A DNA stretch of 63,193 nucleotides, filler included, from Chiloscyllium plagiosum (lineage: Eukaryota), in assembly GCF_004010195.1 (NCBI RefSeq). It is 4 parts of one record of this genome, joined end to end, with 100 filler letters (N's around TTAATTAATTAA, not from the genome) between each part and the next. Parts side by side here need not be neighbours in the genome. Positions count along the whole stretch, not along the records: positions 1 to 16,788 come from NC_057713.1; 3 more parts are not named here. One strand, given 5' to 3'. A program made the position numbers and the translations under genes. This document shows positions 1 to 11,680 of the stretch, in pieces. The first letter of the stretch is position 1. Each line of letters starts with the position of its first letter. Under the pieces are notes generated by a model, which saw only the letters and a program-made list of their open reading frames with translations, was not told the DNA's origin and did no database searches.

Positions 1-206
1 GGATGTCAGGGGTAGGTTTTTTACCCAGAGAGTGGTGGGGGCATGGAATGCGCTGCCCGTGGGAGTGGCAGAGTCAGAATCATTGGTGACCTTTAAGCGG
101 CAATTGGATAGGTACATGGATAGGTGCTTAAGCTAGGACAAATGTTCGGCACAACATCGTGGGCCGAAGGGCCTGTTCTGTGCTGTATTGTTCTATGTTC
201 TATGTT
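1..206 (+). mobile_element. CR1-clade LINE 3' end (HER1-like)
   Basis: Encodes the ORF2 C-terminal motif (FFTQRVVGAWNALP), followed by gggccgaagggcctgt and a (gttctat)n tail. Confidence 0.9.
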
Positions 207-356
207 GTCACAGCTTGGGCTGATCTGGTTCTTGCCCACAACATTTTCCCAGCAGAAGACATTGCTTAACAGCTTGGGGTGGAGGTTCAGCTGATTTGAA
301 CCCTCCTTTCTCAAGGCTTTTGAGACTCATTGTAGCACCCTTAGTCCACCCGAACC

Positions 357-566
357 ACAATCACCCAGCTCACAACAGACTATGGCTTGGAAATGAGACC
401 TTCCACTATGTACAGCTACTTACACTGCAAGCCCCTTGGTTTGTGTGAAGGTTGGTAGGGTGGAAGGTGAGCACCAGGGGCGTTCTACAATCACCCAGCT
501 CACAACAGACTATGGCTTGGAAATGAGACCTTCCACTATGTACAGCTACTTACACTGCAAGCCCCT
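357..566. repeat. 80-bp perfect direct repeat (357-436, 487-566) flanking a 50-bp Penelope fragment
   Basis: Arms identical by inspection; the spacer 437-486 matches PLE sequence at about 1438-1487 with about 4 mismatches. Confidence 0.9.
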
Positions 567-904
567 CAACATCAGTGTGAACTGAATCCAACTTCCCACT
601 AACTCTAACCTGAGAGAGGACCCAATCTAACCTTAGCAGGGATAGTCTTGAATTATTTCCTTTTGATCTGAAATGGTGTTTTACTGAAATTCAATATTAT
701 GTAAATTCCAATTTACAAAGTATCCTGGGGTCAGTTAGAACCTGTGGACATTTTGTGGAAATGCCTGACATTAATTGAAAAGTTAAAAGCAATAAACTCC
801 TTTCCAGCTCATTTATTAACCAGCCACAGTTACTAATATTTGGGAGAACACACTACCAACAATATCGCATGTGCTTAGCCCTGTCTTAACATGATTCTAG
901 CTTA

Positions 905-1800
905 TGGATTCTGGATTAGTGGTGCTGGAAGAGCACAGCAGATCAGGCAGCATCCGAGGAACAGTAAAATTGATGCTTCGAGCAAAAGCCCTCCACCAGG
1001 AATAAAGGCAGAGAGCCTGAAGGGTGGAGAGATAAGCTAGAGGAAGGTGGGGGTGGGGAGACAGTGGCATAGGAGGGAGCGGTCTTTGCGGAAGGCGGAG
1101 AGGGGTGGGGAGGGAAATATATCCCTGGTGGTGGGGTCTGTTTGGAGGCGGAGAGGGGTGGGGAGGGAAATATATCCCTGGTGGTGGGGTCTGTTTGGAG
1201 GCGGAGAGGGGTGGGGAGGGAAATATATCCCTGGTGGTGGGGTCTGTTTGGAGGCGGAGAGGGGTGGGGAGGGAAATATATCCCTGGTGGTGGGGTCTGT
1301 TTGGAGGCGGAGAGGGGTGGGGAGGGAAATATATCCCTGGTGGTGGGGTCTGTTTGGAGGCGGAGAGGGGTGGGGAGGGAAATATATCCCTGGTGGTGGG
1401 GTCTGTTTGGGGGTGGGGGGAATGTCGGCGGATGATTTGGTTTATGCGGAGGTTGGTAGGGTGGAAGGTGGGCACCAGGGGCGTTCTGTCCTTGTTGCGG
1501 TTGGTGGGGTTGGGTCTGAGGGCGGAGGTGCGGGATGTGGATGAGATGCGTTGGAGGGCATCTTTAACCACGTGGGAAGGGAAATTGCGGTCTCTAAAGA
1601 AGGAGGCCATCTGGTGTGTTCTATGGTGGAACTGGTCCTCCTGGGAGCAGATACGGCGGAGGCAGAGGAATTGGGAATACGGGATGGCATTTTTGCAAGA
1701 GGTAGGGTGGGAAGAGGTGTAAACCAGGTAGCTGTGGGAGTCGGTGGGTTTGTAAAAAATGTCAGTGTCAAGTCGGTCGTCATTAATGGAGATGGAGAGG
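905..1800 (-). mobile_element. Penelope-like element fragment (family A): RT C-terminal region plus terminal repeat
   Basis: ORF 897-1808 contains DIFYKPTDSHSYL...IPYSQFLCLRRICS (PLE RT thumb region); terminal repeat ctgctgtgctcttccagcacc with a degenerate HHR. Confidence 0.9.
1093..1410. repeat. 53-bp tandem repeat x6 inside the PLE
   Basis: Unit aggcggagaggggtggggagggaaatatatccctggtggtggggtctgtttgg starts at 1093, 1146, 1199, 1252, 1305 and 1358. Confidence 0.95.
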
Positions 1801-1811
1801 TGCCACAAACC

Positions 1812-1884
1812 TGCCTTCTCTGAGGATTGAACTCAGGACCTTCAGATTATGAGCCTGACATGCTGCCTACTGCGCTAAGAATAT
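1812..1884 (-). tRNA. tRNA-Met(CAT) elongator-type pseudogene
   Basis: Reverse complement ...ttcttagcgcagtaggcagcatgtcaggctCATaatctgaaggtcctgagttcaatcctcagagaaggca closely follows vertebrate tRNA-Met. The 5' acceptor bases are lost and CpG-decay changes are present (gcgcg>gcatg, ttcga>ttcaa). Confidence 0.85.
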
Positions 1885-1885
1885 T

Positions 1886-2075
1886 GCCATTCCTTCATTG
1901 TCACTGGGTCAAAATGCCATTATTCCTTTCCTGGGAACACTCTGGGTGCCACTAAACCCCAAAGACTGCTGCAATTCAAGACACCGAGCCATCACTGCCT
2001 TTTCAAGGGCAATTAGAGATTTCTAACGATTGATGGTGTAGCCAATGATGTGCACATACTGTAACTGAATAAAGA
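1886..2075 (+). mobile_element. Old LINE/SINE 3' tail (gggcaattag-type)
   Basis: The same tail recurs at about 19550 and 38275, and on the minus strand at about 43790. Confidence 0.6.
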
Positions 2076-3139
2076 GTAAAAAGCAGAGGAGGAGCAAGTC
2101 AATTTGGAGAAGGAGTAGAAACAGCAGTATCTGCAGAGGATGGCACAAAAAGCTATTGTGTCCACAAAGCTTTTATGAAGCCCTAGCTAAAATCACCTAA
2201 CAAAACCAATCAAGACTGGCAATGTGAGTAACTGGCTCACACAATTTCCATGCCACCAGCTCCTTCAAGGTAATCACTGTGAACTGCTTTTTAAACCCAT
2301 CACCCAGGGGTTCAGTCCTAGCATGTGCTTGCCAGCTCAGCCATGCCAATGTCAGGAAAGCTGAAGAATTCAAGCATTGGTGAATAACTGCAAGGCAGTG
2401 GTGTTTTGAAGGTCCTGCACTGTTTCATTAAGTGGCTGAGTTCTCCAATGTTCAAGGAACAATTGGTGAAGAGTTTCAACTCGCGTTTCCACCAGAAGAT
2501 TTCAAAGTGGTGTCCACCAAATCAGCATATTTCAAGGACAATATCTTTCTTAAAATCCCAATATAATAATAAAAGCTCCACAATGTTTTTCCAGACAGGC
2601 ATTGGGAAGTCAGCAATAAGCTAAGAATTGGAAAGAGTGTCAGGAAATGTTCAGCTTGTGGGTTTTTCATTTTTTGATGCAATTGACTGGTCTTTGTCCA
2701 TGGCAGCTGCTACAGAGGCTGAGCATGGCATAGGCAACTAATGAAACTGTTCGCCATTTCAAAAGTTCATGGTCTCCATCCCAAGTGCAAAAGTTAACAT
2801 TTACCGTAAGCTATCGATGCAGGGTATCAAATGATCCATGCAAATCTTGCCATGTACAAATTGCTGCTGGTGTTGACCATGCTACAAGAGCCATTTGGTA
2901 CCAGCAACAGATTTTGCATTAAGCAAAGCAAAAAGAATGTTTATGCTTAATGGCTTAACTAATGTAGAAAATACACTTGTGTTGCGATTCAGGAGTTCGC
3001 TGGAATTTTTATAACAATGACAGCGTAGCCTCAACATCAAGACAGTTAAGAAGCCCTCTGATAGTCCACATTCACTGTTCTAATGAAAATTCATGCCATG
3101 CATTGAATATTCACACCATTCATGACAATGCTGGTTTTC

Positions 3140-3652
3140 CTGCTACAGGAAGGAATTTGTGAAACTTGAAAGGGTTCAGAAAAGATTTACAAGGGTGTTA
3201 CCAGGGTTGGAGTGTTTGAGCTATAGGGAGAGGCTTTGGCTATTCTCCCTGGAGCTTCGGAGGCTGAGGGGTGACCTTATTGAGGTTTATAAAATCATGA
3301 AGGGCATGGATAGAGTGAATAGTCACGATCTTTTCCCCAGAGTGGAGGAGTCCAGAACTAGAGGGCATAGATTTAAGATGAAAGGGAAAAGATTTAAACG
3401 GAACCTAAGGGGCAACTTTCTCACACAGAGGGTGGTGCATGCATAGAACGAGCTTCCAGAGGAAGTGGTGGAGGCTGGTGCAATGACAACATTTAAAAGG
3501 CATCTGGATGGGTATATGAATAGGAAGGGTTTAGAGAGATATGGGCCAAATGCCGGCAAAAGAGACTGTATTAATTTAAGATACTGGTCAGCATGGACGA
3601 GTTAGACTGAGGGGCCTGTTTCCATGCTGTACAGCTCTATGACTCTATGACT
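3140..3652 (+). mobile_element. CR1 LINE 3' fragment
   Basis: LERVQKRFTRVLPG...RRLRGDLIEVYKIM...FLTQRVV; (ctatgact)n tail. Confidence 0.92.
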
Positions 3653-4556
3653 GCATAACCCCAAAGAATCCTTCCTGCTGGAAAGTACATCTTGTGGAAT
3701 TTTAACTTCTTTACTGTGGTCAGAAAAAGAATGAATCCAGCTGGCATTATCAGATGAGGCTTATCTGTTGTTTCTTAGGTCTATGAGTCTTTTACAAACA
3801 GCAACAACTGACTGCTGAGGTAGGCTTTGTCCACTAGACAGAATTATAGGTGTCTATGCGCTCATAGACAGAATTATAGGTGTCAAGAAGGGTTTCTTTA
3901 GCTGCTCTGCCTGATCAGATAGGACATAAAAAATGCTTCTGAATGTGCTATATTCATCCTAGCCATCCAGAGAGAGCATGAGCAAGCTACTGTAGATGCT
4001 GGTAAACTGAAATAAACACAGAACATGCTGAAGACACTTTACAGTCCAGAAGTACCATGGTGAGAAACAGATTTTAAGACAATTCTGGTCAACAAACATG
4101 TCAATGAAAATAAATCGGCGATGAATGCTCAAAGACACTCAATTCTTAAACTATAGCATTAATGTTAAAATTTGATAATTTGCAGCTCTACAAATTGAAA
4201 TCATCAGCAATACAGAGGTTTGAAACATCTTGGTGCTGAGGGAATATATGTTATAAGTGATGACTTGTGTAATTGCATAGATTCCAGATGAGGCAGGCAG
4301 TAGATCTTTAGGACAGTGTCATGACATGATGTATGATGCTCTGCTATAAGGGTTCTCATTTCAGTCACTCCCTGTCTTAGTTCAATGGAGTCAGTATAGT
4401 GTGTTCAGTCAGTCAATTGCGTGCATGTAATTTGGCAGGAGTAATCAGAAACCACAAGACCTAAATTACGTGCAAATCTGAGATCTAATAGTGTAAATGG
4501 TTAGTGCTATTAATAAATTCATGACATCTGTCTCAACATGAATACTGTCTTTGCAG

Positions 4557-4635
4557 AATATGCAACTTGAAGAATCATATATGGAAAGACTCAGACAATA
4601 TACTGACAGTGTGGTTGAGTCAAGAAAGCATGTCA
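4557..4635 (+). CDS. Candidate coding exon (NMQLEESYMERLRQYTDSVVESRKHV), unidentified gene
   Basis: Acceptor tgtctttgcag, donor a|gtaaat; ends in phase 1, compatible with the exon at 5089; non-repetitive sequence. Confidence 0.5.
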
Positions 4636-5088
4636 GTAAATTTCCAGTACATGTTGGCCTCAATACACACAGTCTTTCTGTGTTAGCGTAGGCTAATTCT
4701 GGAGGCAACGACCAGTTTAGTGCCCAATGACATGATATAAAGGAAATGTGTCCAGAGTGCATATATACAACTATATATATTCACAAAGGTATCTGCTGAT
4801 TTGAGTCAGAATCGTTGCATTTAAAGAAAGTGACTGAGGATACATGACCACTGTGCCATTTGAACATATGGCTGGAAAGTCATCCACAGCAATGAATTCC
4901 CCATCTCGGTGCAATGTTATCCACCAGATCTTATGTTGAGCAAGACGAGAGAATATTACAGAAATCTCACACATTTCTTACAAGTCCTTCCGATTGAATA
5001 ATTTAAAATAGGGAATGTAAAATAAGCAAATGGAAAATTATGCAGGGACTTTAAACTTCTACGCAATTTGATATTTCATTATTCACAG

Positions 5089-5211
5089 GGAAGTCAATCT
5101 ATTGTCCAATACTTGACAAGTTATCCAAGTTAGTTGAAAGTGTTGCAGACTTTTTGGAGGCAGCCAATGATGAATTCCTTCAGGAGACCAACGAAGATCG
5201 CTTTAATCAAG
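5089..5211 (+). CDS. Candidate coding exon (KSIYCPILDKLSKLVESVADFLEAANDEFLQETNEDRFNQ), unidentified gene
   Basis: Acceptor tttcattattcacag, donor caag|gtcaga; 123 nt, phase 1-1, only one frame open; amphipathic-helix-like peptide. Confidence 0.6.
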
Positions 5212-6479
5212 GTCAGAAGAAGTCTCAAGTTTAGAGTATGGATTGGTTAGGTCAACTGGCCTGTTCCATGTTGCATATCAGGTAATCAATGGTCACTAGA
5301 GTAAGTCAGTGCACATTATATATCCAATGTATTCTTAAATCTGTACAGAGAAAGGGGGCCAGTGGGAGGGATGAGGGGTTTGGTGAAGTGTGGACATCCA
5401 GTCGCTGTTTACCTATTTCCATCTATATCATCTTCAAACTTTAATTTCAGGGAAAACAAAATGCCAGCACAAAAAGACTTTTTAAAGGTCATCGGAACAT
5501 CCAGATTCATTTAGAAATCTGAACAAAAGGAATATCTGAGTCATGCATTTTGCAAATAATTCCCTGATAATATGACGCTGCACATAATCCATAATTTTAA
5601 AATTAAACTATTACTGAATTAAGCTGCCAGGGGTTACAAGAAAGGTGTTATATGGCAGAAAGAAAGCAGAATGTTCTAATGTGTTATAAATCTGTTAATT
5701 GATGAGCTAAGAGGTGTTCTGACATCTTGTCTAGACAGCTGAATAGAGAATCCATTTCATGAATAACAATTACGAGGCTTCTGACCAGAGACTGCAAAAT
5801 TTAATTATTCCAAAAGATTAGTTGTCGATCAAAAAAAAGTGTAAAGGTTAATGTCATTATTATTACGTCAACTAACCTTGAATCTGTCACGTACAAGCTT
5901 CATAAATTACAGCCATCAGCTGAGCTTTGCCATGTCGACCTGTTGTGCTGTTTGAAAAGCAGCCAGTCAGCGACACCTGTTTGAAGGTTAGATGGAGCAA
6001 AGGTTGAAAGCTCCTGCCAAATGCACAGAATCTGAAAATGTTGCTGAAAAAAAAATCTGTGTTGGAGTAACATCAGAACAATTGGACAGGTGGTTCAATA
6101 TAGATGTGATTTTTAATCCAACCAACATGCTTTTCTTTGCAATATTTGAGACACATCTCTAAACCTGACACCTACCCTGTCCACCCTGCCTCTAGATATC
6201 ACATAATAGATTCTATGAATGACAAAAGGGTCTCAGTAATTAGCTCAATGGGTTTAACTTTGGAATATGCCAAACTTCAGTCCACTGAGTGTCAGGTCAA
6301 AGTCTGAATTTTAAGAATATCTTAAACACATTAAGTAGACATTGTTCCTAGAAATGTTGATTACACAAGATTGCCGAGAACAGCACAGATTCATATTACT
6401 CAGTCCAACCAGTTCCTAATCAAGCTTATACATTACAAGAATCTTCTGCTATCACTCTTCATCTTTTTTTTCCACTTGA

Positions 6480-6858
6480 ACATAGGAGGTTGAGGGGTGA
6501 CTTTATCAAGGTTTATAACATCATGGGGAGTATGGATAAGGTGAATGGGAGGTGTCTTTTTCCAAGGTTGGGGATGGGGTTTCAAGTCAAAGGGGTAGAT
6601 TTTTAAGGTGAGAGGAAGAAGATTTAAGAAGCACACAAGGGATAACTTTTACATGGTGGTTAATGTGTGGAATGAATTTCCGGAGGAGGTGGTGGATGTG
6701 GGTAAAGTTACAATGTATAAAATACATTCAGATAAGTACATGAATAAGAAAGGTTTGGAGGGTTATGGGCCAAATGCAGGCAAGTGGGACTAGTTTAGTT
6801 TGGCAATCTGGTTGGGCCGAGAGGTCTGTTTGCAACCTGTATGATTCCATGTCTCTGT
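6480..6858 (+). mobile_element. CR1 LINE 3' fragment
   Basis: RGRRFK...VVNVWNEFPEEVV...GYGPNAGKWD motif. Confidence 0.88.
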
Positions 6859-7269
6859 CCAACCCTGTCAAGATGTCCCTCCAATCTTTTCTCCCTCATG
6901 TAATTATCTAGCTTGCCCTTAAACACATGTATATTATTGATCTTGTCATCACGGCTGTAGTTCTAGCATATGTAAAGGAATTTATCACTAAAGCTATTGG
7001 ATCTCTTGCTCCTTAATGTGGAAAAATCACCTCAATAGGGATCAATATGAACTAGATTGAATAATGTAAATTATAAACCATCCCACTGAGGAGACAGTAT
7101 GGGAAGGATCAAATCATACAAATGAAATTATAGACGAGCAGCATGGGATAGTTATGACAAAGAAGGAAGCCATTCAACCATTAAGCCTGTCTCGCTGAAA
7201 GAGCAGTTTAACTAGTCCAGCTGCCATTCCCCATAGCCCTGTAATGTCTTTTCCTTTAGCTCCTCACAT

Positions 7270-9720
7270 CAGTATGATTTGCACGAGCAGCTGGGGAATG
7301 GGACATCCAGAGTGCGGTATAGTCTGAGTGAATGTGTGGTGGTGGAAATTTAGTGCACTGTGGGAGTTCAGTGCATGGGGAAAGAGGTGCTTTCTTTTGT
7401 TCATTGTCTGTAAGGCTATATTCCGCAGCTTCAACTGAGCAGACAGAAGGGAGTCCTGTTTAACAACTACGGCTTCAGGGGCCTGCTGATTCAGAAAACA
7501 AATCAAAACATTACAGGAAAGTGCTATGCTGGTTGGTTTGTGATTTTACATCTGAAGAAGGGATTAACTGAGAAACTACAGGAATAGGTGAAGGTCAAGG
7601 CTAATGTTATAAAAGAATATAAGTAAGCAATGTAGGGTAAGGGAAGTAAAGTTTATGTCAGGGAAGTAAATTAACAGTGTTCTTACATAAGTGTTGTTTT
7701 CTTTTTAGAAAGAAAGTTGCTCAGGGGCTTAAAATAAGTCATGGCAGCAGAACTCACCCCTGTGATATACTCCTGTGCTATGTGGCAAATCATGAAAGCT
7801 TCAGTTGTCCCTGGTGAACATGTGTGCATGATATGTGCCCACATGCAGCTATTAGTGAATCAAATTTAGGAGCTGGTGCTGCAGATGGATTCTCTACGGA
7901 GCATATGTAATGCTGAGCAAGTTGTGGAAAGCACCTTCAGTGAGGTGGTCACACCACGGATTCAGACTGAACAGGTGAACAATATAGATCTGTGGAATTC
8001 TCTGCCCAGTGAAGCAGTTGAGGCTACCTCATTGAATATTTTTAAGGCAAAGATAGAAAGGTTCTTGAGTAAAGGAATTTAGGGTTATGCTGAGCAGGTG
8101 GGTAAGTGGAGCTAAGTCCACAAACAAGATCAGCCATGATCTTATTGAATGGCAGAGCTGGCTCGAGGGGCCAGATGGCCTATCCTGATTTTATCTCTTC
8201 TGTTCTTATGTTAGACAGAGTAGAGGAAAGTGGGTTATGCATGAGTCTCCTGTAGCCATCCTCATTTCTAACAGATAAAGTTAAAAATCATACAACACCA
8301 GGTTATAGTCCAACAGGTTTAATTGGAAGCACTAGCTTGTCTTGGATATATTGTCTTGGATACTGCTAGGGGAGATCACTATGCAGGGGAAAGCAGTGGC
8401 AGCCAAATTCATGACACCATGAGTTGGTCTGCTGCACAAGAGAGGAGCAAAACGAATGGCAGGGCGATAATGGTAGGCAAGAGGAACAGGCAGGTGTTAT
8501 TACAGCCATAAAAAAGACCTCGGGATGGTATGTTTGCCTCCCTGGTGTCTGGGTCAGCGATGTGTCATTGATTGGCTGCAGGACATTCTGAAGGGGAGGC
8601 AAAGGAGACAGGGATTGTGGTACATATTGGTATCAATGACTTGAGTAGCAAAAGCCCTGAGGTCCTAAAACAGAATTTAGAGAGATAGTAAGTAGATTAA
8701 AGAACAAGACCCAAAAGGACTAATCTCTGGATTACGTTCAATGTCATGTGTGAGTGTGTGCAGGAATGGTAGGTTAGTACAAATGAATGGAGAAATGGTG
8801 CAAGAGGGAGAGCTTTAGATTTCAGAAATGGTGGGACTATTTTTAGCATCAGAGGGACTTGTACAAGGGTTGTATCTGAACCAGAATGGGACCAGCATCC
8901 TTGTGGGATGGTTTGCTTGTGCTATTGGGGAGGGCTTAAGCTAATTTAGCAGGAATTTAGGATCCAAAGAAAATGCTCAGCAGGGAAAGATGAATGGCTG
9001 TAATTAGAAGCGACAGCAAGTGAGTTAGGAAGGCATAAGCCAGGTAAGGCACAAGGGAGTTTGAAAGGGTTGGATGGTATTTATTTTAATGCTAGGAATC
9101 TGATGAACAAGGCAGATGAGTTGAGGACACAAAGTCAAACATGGGGGTATGATGTCATTGCTGTTACTGCAAACTGACAGTTTAATGGTCTAGGTGAGAC
9201 AGGGAAGGAGGTAAAAGGAGGGGGGTGGTGGGTGGTGTCGCAATATTGATCAGGGAATCAATTACTGCAAGGAGGGAAGATACCTTAGTTTCTCTTGAGG
9301 AGCCTTCTATGTCGGTAGAACTTAAAAACTAAAAATGAGTAGTCATGTTGTTGCGAGTGTACCATAGGCCCCGTAACAGTCCAAGTGAAATAGAAGAGCA
9401 GATATGTAGGCAAATTTCAGGGAAGTGTAAATGAAACTGGAAATTTCAACTTCCCCAACATTACCTAGTCATTATATGGAAGGTTTGGAGGGAACTGAAT
9501 TCTTAAAATGTATCTAGGATAACTTTATAAGACAGTATGTAGAAGGCCCTACAAAAGAGGGAGTAGTCCTGGACTTAAGTTTAGGTAAGGAAGCTGAGCA
9601 AGGGGTTGAAGTATCTGTGAGAGAGCATTTTGCAGACAGCAAGCACAATTCTGTTTGTTTCAAGATTGTTATGGTAAAGTACAAGGATGGACCTGAGTTC
9701 AACTGGGAGAAGGCTGATAT
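7270..9720 (+). mobile_element. Degenerate CR1 LINE 5' half (5'UTR, ORF1 Zn-finger/esterase, start of ORF2 APE) with nested CR1 tail (~7985-8215) and PLE fragment (~8277-8338)
   Basis: ORF1 from about 7741 (CAMW...HVCMIC, CLPG, VHIGIND); ORF2 motifs FNARNL and YHRP. Confidence 0.8.
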
Positions 9721-11680
9721 TAAGACAATAAGACCATAAGACATAGGAGGGGAAGTAAGGCCATTTGGCCCATCGAGTCCACATGCCATTTAATCATGGC
9801 TGATGAGTATTTCAACTCCACTTACCCACACTCTCCCCATAGCCCTTAATTCCTTGCAAGATCAAGAATTTATCAATCTCTGCCTTGAAGATATTTAACG
9901 CCACGGCCTCCACTGCGCTCCATGGCAATGAATTCCAAAGGCCCATCACTCTCTGGCTGAAGAAATGTCTCCTCATTTCCATTCTAAATTGACCCCCTCT
10001 AATTCTAAGGCTGTGCCCACGGGTCCTAGTCTCCCCATCTAATGGAAACAACTTCCCAGTGTCCACCCTTTCTAAGCCATGCATTATCTTGTAAGTTTCT
10101 ATTAGATCTCCCCTCAATCTTCTAAACTCTAATGAATACAATCCCAGGATCCTCAGCCATTCATCGTATGTTAGGCCTACCATTCCAGGGATCATCCATG
10201 TGAATCTCTGCTGGACATGCTCCAGTGCCAGTATGTCCTTCCTGAGGTGTGGGACCCAGAATTGTACATGGTATTCTAAATGGAGCTTTATAAGGTCTCA
10301 GAAGCACATCGCTGCTTTTATATTCCAACCCTCTTGAGATAAATGACAACATTACATTCACTTTCTGAATGACAGACTCAATCTGCAAGTTAAACTTTAG
10401 AGAATCCTGGACTAGCACTCCCAGATCCCTTTGTACTTTGGCTTTATGAATTTTCTCACCATTTAGAAAATAGTTCTTGACTGTATTATTATTTCCAAAG
10501 TGCAAGACCTCGCACTTGCTCATGTTAAATTTCATCAGCCATTTCCTGGACCACTCTTCTAAACTATCTAAATCTTTCTGCAGCCTCCCCACCTCCTCAG
10601 TACTACCTGCCTGTCCACCTAACTTTGTATCATCTGCAACTTCACCAGAATGCCCCAGTCCCTTCATCCAGACCATTAATATATAAAGTGAACAGCTACG
10701 ACCCCAACACTGAACCCTGTGGGACACCACTTGTCACTAGCTACAATTCCAAAAAAGAACCTTTTATCCCAACTCTCTGCCTTGTGTCAGACAACCAAAC
10801 ATCAATCCATGCCAGTAGCTCACCTCAAACACCACGTGCCCTCACCTTACTCAGCAGCCTCCCATGAGCCACCTTATCAAAGGCCTTTTGGAAGTCTGGA
10901 TAGATAACATCCATTGGGTTTCCCTGGTCTAACCTACTTGTTACCTCTTTAAAGAATTCTAACAGGTTTGTCAGGCACAACCTCCCTTACTAAATCCATG
11001 CTGACTTGTTCTAATCTGACCCTGCACTTCCAAGAAATCAGAAATCTCATCCTTAACGATGGATGCTGGAATTTTACCAACAACCAAGGTTAGGCTAATC
11101 AGCCTATAATTTTCCATCTTTTGTCTTGATCCTTTCTTGAACAAGAGGGTTACAACAGCAATTTTCCAATCATCTGGGACTTTCCTTGGCTCCAGTGACT
11201 TTTGAAAGATCACAACTAACACCTTTGCTATTTTCTTATCCACCTTCCTCAGAACTCTAGGATATAGCCCAACGGGGCCAGGAGGTCTTTCAATTTTTAG
11301 ACCTTTTAGCTTTTCTAGCACTTTCCCTTTTATCACGGCTATCATACTCAACTCTGCCCCCTGACTCTCCTTAATTGTTGGGATATTATTCCTGTTTTCC
11401 ATTATGAAGACTGACGCAAATACTTATTAAGTTTTTCAGCTATTTTCTTATCCAGCACTAGCCTTTCTGCATCAGTTTGGAGAGGCCCAATGTCTACTTT
11501 TGCCTCTCGTTTGTTTCTTATATATTGAAAGAAACTTTTACTATCATTTCTAAAATTACTGGCAAGCCTACCTTCATATTTGATCCTCTTTTTCCTTATT
11601 TCTCTCTTTGTTATGCACTGTTTATTTTTATAGTCTTCCCAATCTCTGATTTCCCAGTGCTCTTGGCCACTTTATAGGCT

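Noticed and set aside
1093..1410. CRISPR-like array
   Set aside because: Head-to-tail identical units with no spacers, in a eukaryotic TE context
1047..1722. Gly/Trp-rich repetitive plus-strand ORFs
   Set aside because: Antisense translations of the 53-bp tandem repeat inside a PLE
2340..2900. Possible PIF/Harbinger transposase relic (VAEFSNVQGTIG, HATRAI)
   Set aside because: Only fleeting motif resemblance, many stops, no TIRs found
3835..3884. 20-bp direct repeat tagacagaattataggtgtc x2
   Set aside because: Trivial local duplication with no associated structure
4466..4974. Minus-strand ORFs of 98 and 67 aa
   Set aside because: No good splice context; the first is better explained as antisense to the plus-strand exon
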